A stretch of 63,839 nucleotides of DNA, counting the filler. It is 4 parts of 4 records of this genome, joined end to end, with 100 filler letters (N's around TTAATTAATTAA, not from the genome) between each part and the next. Parts side by side here need not be neighbours in the genome. Positions count along the whole stretch, not along the records: positions 27,985 to 46,132 come from SRR20825019_2849; 3 more parts are not named here. One strand, written 5' to 3'. Below, piece by piece: positions 27,985 to 41,297 of the stretch. The notes under the pieces were generated by a model that saw only the letters and a program-made list of their open reading frames with translations, did not search any database and was not told the DNA's origin. Made by a program: the position numbers and the translations under genes. Each line of letters opens with the position of its first letter. Position 1 is the stretch's first letter.

Positions 27985-29069
27985 GGGGGGGGGGGGGGGG
28001 GGGGGGGCAGGGAGGCACGGTCTGTCAAAGGCCCCCTGCTGGTCTCATCGCAGTGACCGACCAGTTGAGTGGCGGTGCCAAGTGCCCCGGCAGCAAGGGC
28101 CGCGCGCACGAGGAGCCGGGGGCGCCCCCGCGGCGGCCATGCCGGGGGCCGCCCCGCTGACGGCCCGCGCCGCGGGGGGGGCCGGGGGCGGGCGGCGGGC
28201 TCGCACCCGCCGGGGGGCGCCGGGCGGCATCAGCCCCGCCCGGCATGATCTGGGCCGGGGGTGAGGGCACTGCTGGTTAGGGGTCTGCTTCATTTAGACT
28301 CCAAATTGAAGTTTGTATTCAGCATCACTATAACTTCCCATTTGGGGGAAATAGGCACTCTTCAACGGTCATCTCACACTCATGACCGGACAGGCGGACC
28401 CCCGACGGTGCGAGCCGGGCGCGCCCGGCCGCGGGCCGGGCCGCCGCGCCGGGCGCCGGGGGCCGGCCGGGCCGGCCTGCCGTGCTCAGGCGGACGCGTC
28501 CCGCGCCGGCCCCGGCGGGCCGCGCGGCGAGTGGCCGGGCGGGGGCCGGGCGCCGGCGCCCCGGCGACTGGCAGGGACGCCGCGACGACTGAGCGCACCC
28601 AGGCGGTGCGGCACGGCACGCAGCGGCCGGCGGCCCCGCCGCCGGGCGGACTGGACGGGCCGGGCAGCCGGCTTGTGAGTCCCCAGCCGCGTGGCGCTCC
28701 ATGGATCGAAGCGGCAGCGCGGCGGCCCGGCTCCCCGGCCCCCTTAGTTGGGCCTCACTCAGTGCCGCGTAGCCAGGCGGGTCAGCAGTCCGATCGGGTG
28801 TGGCCGGGCGGCCGCGGCTGCCGCGGCGCAGTGGGGTCCCCGGGTGCTGGGGCGCGCCCGCAGTGCCGGAGCAGACTCGCTGGGATGCGTCTAAGACTCT
28901 CACAGAACAAACCGCCATGTATACTTATACTAGTGAACCCACGCACACATCTATCCCTAAGCACCACACAGCTATCCACGAGCACCAGTCCAGTGTCGAA
29001 TACACAAGCAACCGAGGTTAACAGTCGAGGGTGGCTCGTGTGGAGCAAGACAGACGGCCTGCCGGAAGG

Positions 29070-32000
29070 ATGGAGTACCTACCATCTTACCTCCAGGGTA
29101 TGTACGCCCGGACGCGTGTCCTGATGCCGTGCTAACTGGGACTCGTCCGCAGACACCGTGTCGCAACTGTTTGCCTTCTACTCGGACCGGCGTGCGGGGC
29201 TGAGTCATGCAGGAGTAGAGACTTTTGTAGAGGACTGCTCCTTGCTAAGACACGGCCTTCGCCCTCGCGACGTCGAGGATGTCTTTAATTTCCTTACTGC
29301 AGCCAAGGTAAGGCACTCGCGCCACCACCTCCACTCTCCTGCCGCCTCTCCCCGCCGTTGGGGTTCACTCTGCAGTTGCTTTCAGTGATGCAGGCATTGC
29401 GTTGTTCCAGTGGTCTTCATGATTGCGTCTGGATCGCGGTGCAGTACTGACGTTTCATGGTTATAGGACGGCGCTGACCGGTGCATTGAGACGAGCGACA
29501 CATTCTGCCGCCTGCTACTGGGATTCACTGCGGTGCTGTACCAGTGCGATGGACAGGTGACCGAGGAAGATATACTCGATGTGAGTCGGCCCCGCCCTTC
29601 TTCACCCTTGGAAGCTAACAACCTCTGCTCGCCCGCAGTTTCTGACCACTATTGTCCTTGTGCCCCGGATGGCTGGTGTGAAGTGGTCCCGGAGGGAAGA
29701 GATTGCCAGCATTGGGGCCGCGTCACCTGGCATCCTCATCGACGTGGTCGTCAACACAGACGCCATGCTGGCCGCCATGTCCGAGCGGGAGGAGGAAATT
29801 CTGAAAGTTTTCGCCCGGTTAGCATGGCGCGAAACCGTCGGGACGGACGGGACTCTTGCGAAAGAGATCATGATGGGTAAGTGACACGGATCAAATGGTT
29901 TACGGACGGCATGGCTGTATTGCCGTTTCTTGAGTCGACTCCCGTCGCGACATTGGCGGGTCCCGCAGGGCACCGTGCCTCATTGGTGTTGTGTGTTGTC
30001 GGGGACTCGTCACGGTGCTGTTTCATGAGAGTGCTGACTGGGACTTCGTGGGCAGATGACCAGCAGAACGTGGTCCTTGCGCTGGACCTGCTCCTGATGT
30101 TTGCGATGGAGTGTGAGCTCTGCCCGACGCCTCTGAGCAGCACCGATGTGTACAAGGTGGGTGGACATCATGACTTCTGCTCGTGGATGCGGTGACGTCT
30201 CTCTGAAATTCATCGGCCAGATTGCGTTGGGGGTGTGCCTAGAGGAGATACGCCACTCGTTCTCTCACGAAGTTGGCTACAAGCAGCGCGTGGATGGGGT
30301 CACCGACAGTCAATTCCTCACCGTGTGTGCACTCATGGCGACATACAATGCGGCGGCGAAGGGTTCCGATGGTAGGCGGGGTGGGGCCGAGTCGCTGGTT
30401 GTGGACCAGTGCGCAGGGGCGCTTCATGACCTTGTTGACCGCATGAACATCGCCTACGGGATCTTGGCGGACGAGGTTGGAGCCGTGACAGACGATCGTG
30501 ATGACGACGAGGACGGGGAAGCGTACCCAGTGGACGTCCTAGAGCGGGTGTTTGAGTACTATTGTGGGCTCGAGAGCCGGGACTCAGTGGATGAGATGTG
30601 CAACAGAGCATTGCACCTGCTTTTCAGGGACAGTGGCCTCTTCGAGGAGGGAACGCTCACCCCGGCCGAGTTGGACATCATATGGTCGAGGCAGCTGGGC
30701 AACCCTGGTGGTGGCAGTCGGTACCTTGGCCTCAAGCTTACTTTCAGCCAGTTTAGAGAGCTGTTGAAGGAGGTGATGTGGAAGTGACTTGATGATTTGA
30801 ATTCATGGAGCTCATGCGGAGTGTAGGTGGCGTACCGAGTGATGAACGGGGAGCGAAAGAACAACGTCAAACCCACATGCATGCTCAAGACCACCAAGGT
30901 GTTCCAATCATATCCCTACAATGACGTCGACACGAATACATTGGTCAATCGCTATCTCGTCCAGCTAATCCACCGTGTCCCCGCCGCGCCCCCAGGTCTA
31001 TTGGAGAGCCCTGAAGTAGGTTCCCACAGTCTTAGTCACACATGCATTGCTGACCGGCCGTTTGCAGGTGAAGGTGGTTATGGCCGAGTATGAGCCACAG
31101 CTACGCCGGATATTCAAGCACTACAGCAACATGACCCAGCAGCACAAGGCCGCCGTGGCCAACCCGGAGTATAATGCCCATCTACACGAGGCCCTCTCTC
31201 TGGACGGGCTGCTGCGAATGTGCGAGGAGTTTGAGATCGTGCCGCTGCTGGCCTCAAAGAAGCGAGTGGTGGATATATTCAAGGACGTACTGCGGAGGTG
31301 TGGGGTAGGCGGCCAGGGCGCGCGGCGGCACGTCACCTACGAGGGATTCGTAGATGAGCTGATGTCGCTGGCCATGACCGTGATCCTGCCCCCCACCGAT
31401 GAGGGCACGTCCCGGAACGAGGGCCTCTCCAAGACCGAATGCGTGCGGGCATTCTTGGTGCGGATTTGCAGCTGTAAGAGATACCTCGAACTTAAGCGGA
31501 GCGCATTCCTCGATCCCAACGGCTGTGTGCATGGCGATACTGCCGATGTAATCTGCTCGTGCTTCACCAAGCGCCCCCATGTCGGCGACAGCGAGATGCC
31601 TGCCGGGTTGCCGTCCTCCCGAACAGACTCCGATCATCCTAATCATGATTCGTGTGAACCGAGCGTGCCCCCGAGTCAGGGCCCAAGCCGGCCATTCCAG
31701 CGGCCTCCACAAGTGGCAACGTCTGCACACGAGGCCAACACGAGCACCATAATGAATGAGGTATGACTGTTCTTCGCTTGGTGAAGTACGACTCACTAAC
31801 TCGCGGCGGGCCAGACCACCCGGACATGGACAACGAACGACGACAGCGTGTCTGAGATATGCACCGACATTGAGACCACCACTACCTCGATCCACGGTGA
31901 TGGGACATCCACCGCTCGTAGGAGCAGGGAGAAGGTAAGGCTCTGGGGCGAATGCGGCGACAAATTACACTGAGGCCTCTGATGTAGCGGTTGCAACGAT

Positions 32001-32640
32001 ATGAGAAGATGTCGGAGGTATTCAGCATGAAGTTGCAGAGCGTGGACGTCTCCCGCCAGACTCGCTTTGACCGGACTGAGGCCCCCGCGAACGAGAAAGA
32101 AAATTGCAATGGCGAGACCGACGACAATGTCGAGGAGAGACGGGGCCGTGGGGTGCCGATGAGTGAAATATTCACGGTGACACGAACACAGAAACATGTT
32201 GAGGAGATTCCGATGGGTGGGTTGCCATACAGCCGCCCCGGCGAAATTATCTGACTGGACTGCTCCAGATTTCCTACACAAGGCCGGTTTGAACGCTCTG
32301 GTGTGCCCGCAAACTCAGCGCGAGATCAGAGACGACAGGATCCAGCGGTTCAACCGTCGCCTGGAACTGAAGGTCCAGGGTGTTATGAACGGAGAGGTGG
32401 TACAGCGAGTGCGCGGCATGCCGAAGCCCCACGCTCGCAAGGGCACTCTCAACATGGCCAATGTAGGTGGCGGATGGACCGTGAGTGGGCCGCTCGAGTT
32501 GGATTGTGGGCTGACGTTTAATATTGCAGCCGCTAGGGGCGTCCAAGAACGACCCGAAGCTGCGCGACACAGTGACGCTTGCGCTGTGGACCATTGAGAA
32601 GGCCCGCGCTGCACAGACGAGGAAGTTCAATGGCAAGTAA
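29070..32640 (+). CDS. Eukaryotic multi-exon gene, uncharacterised protein with EF-hand-like helical repeats
   Basis: ATG at 29070; first intron 29098-29152 (GTATGT...GCTAAC...CGCAG) restores the frame (MEYLPSYLQDTVSQLFAFY). Repeated motifs such as LRRIFKHYS, LSLDGLLRMCEEFEI and VTYEGFVDEL. Last exon ends ...TRKFNGK-TAA at 32640. Internal exon boundaries only partly traced. Confidence 0.6.
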
Positions 32641-32816
32641 CACACTCTTGCGCCACGATCGGCGACCAAGCGCAGCACCCACGGACGCAGACCGTGGGAG
32701 GTGACATTCGCAGACACCCGCCCTCGGGGTGCACTAGTCGATTAAATGCAATCACAACCTGCGCACGGGGCGGGAACAGTCGGGGGGGGGGCGGGGTGCT
32801 GTGGTCTTAGTACAGT

Positions 32817-35800
32817 TTATTCGACGCCAGGGAGGGCGTCGGGGCTCATGGCCTTCTCGAGGCGATGGATCTGGTCCTCTTCCGCAATGTCGGGCGGATC
32901 GAACCCGGTCAGCTTGAACACGTTCACGCATCCGCTGTTATCTCCAGTCACCACGACAGGGGAGTTGGATGAGAAGAGCACGCACGTCATCTTCTGTGGC
33001 AGTGTCTTCTTGACAACGGGATCAATCGGCGACACCTGGAGATCCCAGATCTCCACGCGACCATCCGCCGTGACCGATCCGAAAACGGTCGAGTTCGAGG
33101 GTGACCAGGCAATGTCGGTAACGTAATCGTTGCCAGACTGGAAGGTCAGGCGCGGCTGGTCGTCCTCATGGTGCCACAACTTCATTGCCCAATCCGCAGA
33201 GCATGACAAGAACGCGTCCTGTACGTACGGCGACCACTTCACACGGTACACAGGGCCGGAGTGCGAAAAGTAATTCTCCAGGTATTGCTCGGAATACGAA
33301 CACGAGCACTTGTGGATGTTGCCGTCCTCGGTACCCGCGAGGTAGATGTTAGGGTCTTTTGCGCTGAAGTCGAAGCACAGGCCGGAGCCACGGCGGGAGA
33401 TGAACGCCTCGCTCTTGCCGTCCTTGGCCTTGGACGATGACGCCACCCGCTTGAGCTTCATCAGGTCCATAAACTCCAGGCCCTTCTTCATCGACCACTG
33501 TGTGATGCGTCCATCCGTCGAGATGGACACCAGCTGCTCGCCAATCTCCGCGCCCTTGTTCACCCACTGCAACTGCCACACGGGGTCGCTGTGCTTGCCC
33601 GAGGCGTGGCCGGACTCCAGTGCGGGCTGTAGTAACCACTCGTCAGACACAACGGCCACTCACGGCACTGAGACAGACCCACCTTATCATCGGACTTGCG
33701 GAGATCATAGATGGCCACGGTGCCGTCGTACATACCCGCAGCAAGTAGATTGGGGTGCTGGTATGAGAAAGACAGCGCGGTGACACCGCTGTGGGTCTTG
33801 TACACCCGCTCCGGGTACTGTGATCATATAAAGGTCAGGCGCGGATACAAGAACTACGACTGGATACCGCCCTTCCCCCTTCCCCCTCTACGCTTGCGCC
33901 AAAATAGCGCCCGAAAGAGCCCTGCCTCGGTTGCTCGAAAACCCACGACATCCCACATATTGATCATGAACGGAATCCACTTCTCCGACCCAGCCCTTGG
34001 GGGATACCCCGGATAGACAGAGAAGGGACGGGACTTACGTTGGGGTTCTTGAGGGACCAGAAGAGGATCAGGCCCTCCTTGGAGTGCGTGACAAAGTCGA
34101 ACGAACCATATGACACCGCCAGCAAGTCCTGGTTGTAGCGGTTCCACGCCATGGAGCTCACGTTGTGGCCGTGGGTCAGCGTCGAGTATTCGTTGTTGGC
34201 CTCGAAGCTCCACAGGTACTCCAACGAGTGCTTCTCGTCCATCGTGTACTCTGCACGCGCCACGCCGTCAGCACCATTTCCAACGTCGCCTATAGCGGGC
34301 GGCCTACCGTCGAGTTTCTGCAGATCCTCGTGGTCATCGGCGTCCTCGGGCTGCTCCTCCGGCTTCTCGTCGGTGAGGTCCGCAATATTGGTCTCGTTTG
34401 TCTCATCCGGCTGCACAGCCCCCGTTAGCACCCGGCACCCGTCCCGCTGCGATACCGCTGCACACCTGCACGGCGAAGGTAGACTTGTAGTTCCGGTATG
34501 ATAAATGCTTGTCGTGATAGTGATTCTGGGCCACCGCCCTCTCCACAATGTGCAGCGAGTGGAGCAGCGACTCATTCTGCGGGCCGCAGCATCAGCCTCG
34601 CCACACACCACAACGCACACACAAGGCCGTACATTAGCGAGGCTTTCCATAGCCTTCATTGCCTCTTCTCCCTGCAGCACCTGGTCCTCGCGAAGCTGTG
34701 TGACGGGCTTATGGCGGCCACTGCGTGCCGCCAGCTCCGCTGCCTTTTTCTTCTTCTTCTGTGCCTCGGATGGGAGCTCGCCCAGCTTGCTGCATCACAG
34801 GAACAAAACCCCGTCAGTCAGGGCCCGGCCCGCGCGCGCAAGGACTCACAACTCGTCTGTCTCGTCCTCCTGCATGGACGCGATGGTATCGAAGATGTCC
34901 CAGCTGGTGGCACTGACCTCGGCGTTCCGTACCGCGGGCGGGTTGCACTGCACGTCCTTGTTCTTCAGCGCGTTGTTGAAGGTCTGCATTGCCCGCTCCA
35001 CGAACAGATCGCTGCCCTGTTTCGCCTTCTTGATCTCCTCGTACTCCTCTGCCGCAGTGGTTAGTGCCGTGCGTTCTACAATACTGGGCGCCGAGTGTAG
35101 CGCCAAAACTCACCATTGCGCTTCGTCACGGCGGCAGCACCGGACTGGTCGTTGTTGATGTCGACACAGGTCCCGGTCAGCTCCAGGAGCCAAACCGTGT
35201 CCGTCTCTGACAGGGTCACCAGAATGTCCTGACTCGGCTCATCAGCATCGGCCACTCCTACCACCACACACCACACCAACCTTCTCAAGGTCTTCCTCCG
35301 TCAGCTCCACCTTCACCTCCTCCTCCACGTGCTTCACAATCTCCTTTTTCTCGCTCGCACCGTCCTCATCGTCCATGCCCGCATCGAAGCTCATATCGCC
35401 CGTCGGGGTGTCACTGCCCCGCGAGGTCAGGCCGCTCCGTGTGAAGTCTCCGAACGACATGCGGTCAAAGTTGTCGGCGGATCCTTCCGTCTCACTCTGA
35501 ATACACGACAACACACGTCAGCGCCTCGCTTCACGCCACTCATTCCTGGTGCCTACTGTGGGTGTGGTCTGGCCCGAGCTAATCATGGTGGAGGCCGTGG
35601 CGTCCGTTCCCTCCAGGTCGCCCTTCTTCCCATGCTTCTTCAGCACCGTGGGGTTCATCGACACCAGCGACAGCGGCGTCACATCGTTCCCGTTCTTGTC
35701 TCGCACAATAATTCTCTGTCCCTTATCGTGGCCATCCCCACCGGCCCCCATACGACTCGCCTTATCGCCCAGCCGGGACGACCGCACCGACGAGGCGCGT

Positions 35801-35900
35801 GTGTTTGAGTTGGAGGCTCTGGGCAAAGTCACCTGTCAGCTCCCGCCCGGCCCTGTGCACAGAAAGCCTACCCTTTATCCTTCCTCCGGCTGCCGCCCAT
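32817..35900 (-). CDS. DNAI4: Axonemal dynein intermediate chain WDR78/DNAI4 (IC138-like), multi-exon
   Basis: WD40 repeats with HSDPVWQLQW, GTEDGNIHKCSCSYSEQYL and FLSCSADW; N-terminal DVTPLSL and VTLSETDTVWLL. Inferred ATG at 35900 with GT-AG introns. Confidence 0.8.
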
Positions 35901-36884
35901 TCTAGACGGCCTCTCTGACATGGTTCCCTGTTACTTGAAAAATACACAAGGACACGACTGCACTAATACCTGCAGAACAGATGTTTATATGCTGAAGCAC
36001 GCCGCGGGGCGGGAAGGGTGTGAACGGAGAAACAGCGCTCATGGAACGGTCCGGGCGGGCGGACGGCGGGAGTGGGTGGCCGTAAGGGGGTCACATGGTA
36101 CCTGGCGGACGCGACCTAACCCACCTAAGGACTCTCCAGCGAGCCACGCCCCGGGCGGGCCGGCGCGGCGCGGCGGTGACCCGGTGCCGCGGCTCCTGAG
36201 GAGCCGGAGTGGAACAACGCATCACCCACTGCTCGGCCGAGCGAGGCTGGGCGAGTGGCCGGTGGCAGCAGCGACATCCGTTTCAAATTTCCACGATCGT
36301 TGGGTGACGAAAAACGCCGCGCTCGCCCATGACGGTGGTCCGCATAGGCAGCAGGATAGTCGTTGAATCATGAATGTAAAAGAAACACCCGCTATTATAT
36401 GTACATATTCACATAATACGAGATGTTGACATATGTATACAGGTTGTGCCGGCAGTACTATTTCGGGCGGATGTTGCACAACAGCCGCAGAGTGGTCCTG
36501 AGTCATCAGTCCGGCCTCCGGTGGGGAAGGTTCCCACCCCGGGGCCCCAGGCATGCGGTGACTGTCGGTACCGTACCGGTGTGCCGGTCACCAGGGTTGT
36601 GTTTGGAAACTCTCCGAATGATCACTGGCAAGGTCGGCCACCCCTCGAAAAGGCATGGACTTGTCAGGTTCTTCCCGTCACCTTTCCAAAACTGATCAGC
36701 GTCGGCCTCTAGCCGTCAGTCTGGCCGTAGCATCGCCCCACTCGTCCACCGCACTGCCTCTCCGCCTCCGTCGAAGACACACAGCGACCCCGCCTGGTAA
36801 CTCTCGCGTCACTGCGCCAGTAACAACTACACTTCACATATCTCCGTCGTCGCACTGAGTTGGGAATAGTATACCAAGAAAGAA

Positions 36885-39800
36885 ATGTCAAAGAACAAGT
36901 CTTCGCTGTTGAATATTTCGCCATGGCTGTTGATGGAGGAGGCACACTTCGACGGCAGCATGCGCGTCTTCCTGTTCCCGTATGCCGGTGCGGCCCCGAA
37001 AGTATACGAGGGTTTCCAGAAAGGCCTCCCGGAAATCTGTGAGGTTGTCATTGTGAACCTAGACGATCCTAGCTACAACGAGGGTGAGTGGGGCCGGGTG
37101 CCCAGCGATCCGAAGGCGGTGCAGTACTGACGCGAAGGCATCCAGGGGATCCACTTCCGACCATGACAGACTTCTGCAACCGGCTCGCAGACCACATGGC
37201 GCCATACTTCGATAAGCCGTTCGCGTTCTTCGGTCACAGTGCAGGAGGAATGGTAGCGTACGAGCTCGCTCGAACACTGGCGATGCGGTGAGTTATAAAC
37301 GGCGGCGCGATGGTGCTGGCGTTACAGTGTGCTGACGCCATTGACGCAGTGACATGGCGGTCCCCCTCCGACTGATCATATCCGGTTGTGAGCCGCCCCC
37401 TTTCTTGGAGCCGCTGCCTGCCGGCTGGGACACGAGCGAGGATGTGATGACTGGCATCCTGCGGGATTGGGGTGGTGTGCCGGAGGAGCTGCTTGATGAC
37501 CCCGAGGTGATGGCCCCAATCAATGCGACGATGAGGAGGCACCTGTCGCTCATAGAGACACTGGAGAAACACGAGGGTAGCCAGAATGTGCTGGAGTGCT
37601 CTGTGACTCTCTTGGGAGGAGAGGACGACCCCCTCGTGCCCCCAAGCAAGCTGGAGGCGTGGCGGCCATTCTTTGAGGATGCAGAGAGTGTGATGGTGGA
37701 TTCGAAGCTCTTCCCGGGCAACCACTTTTATTTTGGTGGCGGCGAGGCGGGCCGTGACGGGCTGATGTCGCACCTTTCGGAGCTGATGACGACGGATTTG
37801 GATCGCGCGGTGCAGCAGTCACAGAAGCAGATTATCAAGTGGCTGGATCGCACCATGGAATGGCCGGAGGACGATCTCCTCCACCTTATGTTCATGCGGC
37901 AGGCCAAAGCCACCCCTGACCGCGTCGCCCTGTACTACGAGGGCCGTACGATCACGTATCGGGAGCTCGACGAGCAGAGCGACCGTCTGGCAAACTGGCT
38001 CTACCAGCAGGGCGTGCGCCCAGACTCCGTCGTGGCCATCTTTATGGAGCGTCGGATCGAGTATGTCGTCGCCTACATCGCCGCGCTCAAGGCGGGCGGC
38101 GCGTACATGCCCTTGGAAATCGTGTATCCGATCGAGCTGATCACCCGCGTGCTGGAGGAGACCAAGTGCCCTGCCGTCGTCACTGTGGGGCGCTTTGCAA
38201 ACCGCCTCCCACCCGATACGGCCAGCGTGCGCCTGGATGAGGATTCTGACCTGGCCATGCTGCAGTCGTGCCCGACCATCCCCGCAGACGCCCCAAAGCC
38301 GACGCCGGACTCCCTCGCGTACGTGGTCATGTCCTCCGGCACCACGGGCGTACCCAAGGGTATCTGCTGCCCCCACCGCGGCGCCGTGCACAGCTACCAT
38401 TGGCGGTTCGAGAATTTCCCTTACGAGGAGGTGAGTGCTGACTCGGGATTGATGGGATTGGAAGTGTGCTGATGACTGTGCAGGATGAGAGGGACGCGGT
38501 GAACGTTTTCTTTGTATGGGAGGTTCTGCGCCCGCTCCTCCGTGGGGCATCCGCCTACATCATTCCCGACGACATCATCTATGACCCAGGTGAGCCCGCC
38601 CTACCTCAATACCATAATTGCACGCTCACTGTGATTCTGTTCCAGAGAATATGGTTGCCTTCCTGGAGAAGCATGACATCACCCGCATCCTCGTCACGCC
38701 GTCATTGCTCCAGCTGGTGTTGGACACCCTCGAGGACGAGATGGATCTGTCCATCGCCCTCGGCAAGCTCAAAATTGTGTGGCTGTGCGGCGAGGTCGTC
38801 ACCATGGAGCTCGCCCAACGCTTCATTCGCATCGCACCCAACTGCCAGCTGCTGAACCTCTACTCCATTTCCGAATGCCACGATGTGTCCCTGGCCAACC
38901 TGTCGGTGGTGGACGACAAGCTCACGCGCAAGTTTGCGACCTGCGGCCATGTCTTTGAGAACGTGCAGTGCTACATCCTCGATGACAACATGCAGCCCGT
39001 CCCCAACGGAGTCTACGGCGAGCTGTTCGTGGGTGGGCCCTGCCTGGCCCGGGGGTACCTCAATCGCCCTGACCTCACCGACGCCCGATTCGTGCCGAGC
39101 CCCTTCATGACACGAGGGCCGGAGACTCGCCTGTACAAGACTGGCGACCGTGGCCGGTACCTTCCCAACGGAATGCTGGAGCTGGCCGGCCGATGTGACT
39201 TCATGGTGAAGATCCGCGGGTACAGCGTGGTGCTGGGCGCGGTGGAGGCGGCGCTGGCCAAGCACCCGGACATCTCGACGGCGGTGGTCATTGCGCATGG
39301 CAACGAGGGCGAGGATAAGAAGCTCCTCGCATACATCGTTCCGGAGAAGTGGGACGTCCAGCCCAAGCCGCGTGATATCCAGGAGTTTCTCAAGGACCAT
39401 CTCCCGCCCTACGCGATTCCGCCGCTCTACATGCACATGTACGAGATACCCATCTCGACCATGGGCAAGGTTGATCGCAAGAAGCTGCCCCCCCTCGAGC
39501 TCGCCGGCCGTGACCGCGCGCCGTCTATCTCCCGCTCGGAGCGCACCATGTCCATCGATACCGATACGGACATTGGCCTAACCGCGCCCTCGACCGAGTA
39601 TGAGAAGCGCCTGGTCAAGGGCTGGAGCGAGGTCCTGGGTCTGCCCCAGGACATTGTATATGTTGAGGATAACTTCTTTGATGCCGGTGGCCACTCTCTC
39701 CTCATCACACGACTCCAAAAGGCGATCAACGAGGAGTTTGGCGTCAAGATTCCTCTCGGCCGCTTGCTTGCAGACCCCGAGTTCGGTGCGATAGCGTCCC

Positions 39801-41297
39801 TCATCCACAAGACCCTGGAGGGCTCTCCGGCCGGGGGTCCCGCGGGGCCTAAGATGGTTGACCTTGGAGTCGAGGCCACATTCGACCCCTCCATCTACCC
39901 CGCCCCCACTCGTAAGACCGGCTACTCGCGGTTTCGTGTCAGTGAGACGGCGCGGCTTCCCAAGCGTGTCTTCCTTACCGGTGCGACCGGCTATCTCGGC
40001 GCGTTCCTCCTTAAGGAGCTCTTGGATTCCACCCACGTAAGTACCGGTGTTGGTTGATGGCGGCATGCGTAGATGCTCGTGCGGTGTGGTCTGGAAGGAG
40101 GGGTTGGTACCCATTGGTTTGTCATGTACTCACTCCGTCTCACAGTGCGACGTGTACTGCATGGTGCGTGCAGCGGACGAGGACGCGGGCTTCGACAGGT
40201 TGAGGTCCACCCTCGAGAGCTATGATCTTTGGACCCCAACACTCGATGCCGACCGCATCAGCGTGGTGCCCGGCGATCTTGGCAAGCCGCTGTTGGGGAT
40301 GGACGATGAGACCTTCAAGGCGCTGGCAGGAGAAATCGACTGTATCCTTCACTGCGGTGCGGAAGTGAACCTGGTCAAGCCTTATAGCGCCCTCCGGCCG
40401 GCGAATGTCCTCGGCACTCAGGAGATCATGCGTCTGTCCGTCACTAATGGCCGCTTTGGTACCAAGGTGAAACCAATCCACTTCATCTCGACCAACGGTG
40501 TATTCCCGACGGGTCAGCCCAAGTGCCTCGAGCATGACCCGGTCATGGAGTGGGAGAAGCTCAGTGATGGCTATGCACAGACCAAGTGGGTGGCCGAGCG
40601 AATGTGTATCAACGCGAGGTCGACCTCGCAGTTCCCCATCGCCATCTACCGTCCCGGCAACATGGCCGGCGACTCTACGAGTGGCGTGTGGAACGATCAC
40701 GACTTTGTGAAGCTCCTGGTGCAGGGCTGCCTGGCATCGGGGTGAGTGGCGACGGGGTGTCCATGCGGCGGCACGTTCCTAATCCGTTCCTTTTTGCAGT
40801 GCCTTCCCATCTGATGTGGACTGGAAGATAGACCTGACGCCGGTCGACTGGGCCGCCCGCACCATCGTCTCTCTCACCACCAAGCAGCCTCATCTCTCAC
40901 TCGGGCAGACTTACCACGTCCAGAACGGACAGGCCCACATCGCGTGCGCCGAGGTGTTCGAATGGATACAGAGGTACAATGCCAAATATGGTCTCGCGCC
41001 CCTCCGCGCCATGCCTTACAAGGAGTGGTTGGAAGAGGTCTCCGCCGCCGCCCAGCGGGAATCAAGTGAGTGCATTATGCATGTGCGCCGTGCGATATTC
41101 TGACCTTGTGCTCTGCAGATGCCAGCGGTCCCGTGCACCAGCTGGAGGCCGGAATCGACGGGTTCAAGTCGTATCTGGAGTCTCCGAGCCACTTCGACAG
41201 CAGCATGCTGTACAGTATCCTCGATGAGAGCGCACGCTGCCCCCCCGTGGACGAGGCCCTGATGCACACCTTCCTTCAGCGCATGCATGACAAGTAG
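36885..41297 (+). CDS. NRPS-like enzyme with thioesterase-adenylation-thiolation-reductase (TE-A-T-R) architecture, multi-exon
   Basis: TE: FPYAG, GHSAG, GGEDDP, FPGNHFY. A: YVVMSSGTTGVPKG, NLYSISE, GELFVGG, YKTGD, VKIRG, MGKVDRKKLP. T: DNFFDAGGHS. R: FLTGATGYLG, GYAQTKWVAE. Short GT-AG introns; the exact 3' end is uncertain. Confidence 0.88.

Noticed and set aside
28025-29124. Several Pro/Gly/Ala/Arg-rich ORFs on both strands
   Set aside because: They result from stop-codon scarcity in extremely GC-rich DNA and show no domain signal.
36885-41297. Annotation as Lys2-type alpha-aminoadipate reductase or as full ATRR
   Set aside because: The A4 motif lacks the Asp expected for an alpha-amino acid, the N-terminal domain is a thioesterase, and there is no room for a second reductase domain before the convergent PFAS gene.
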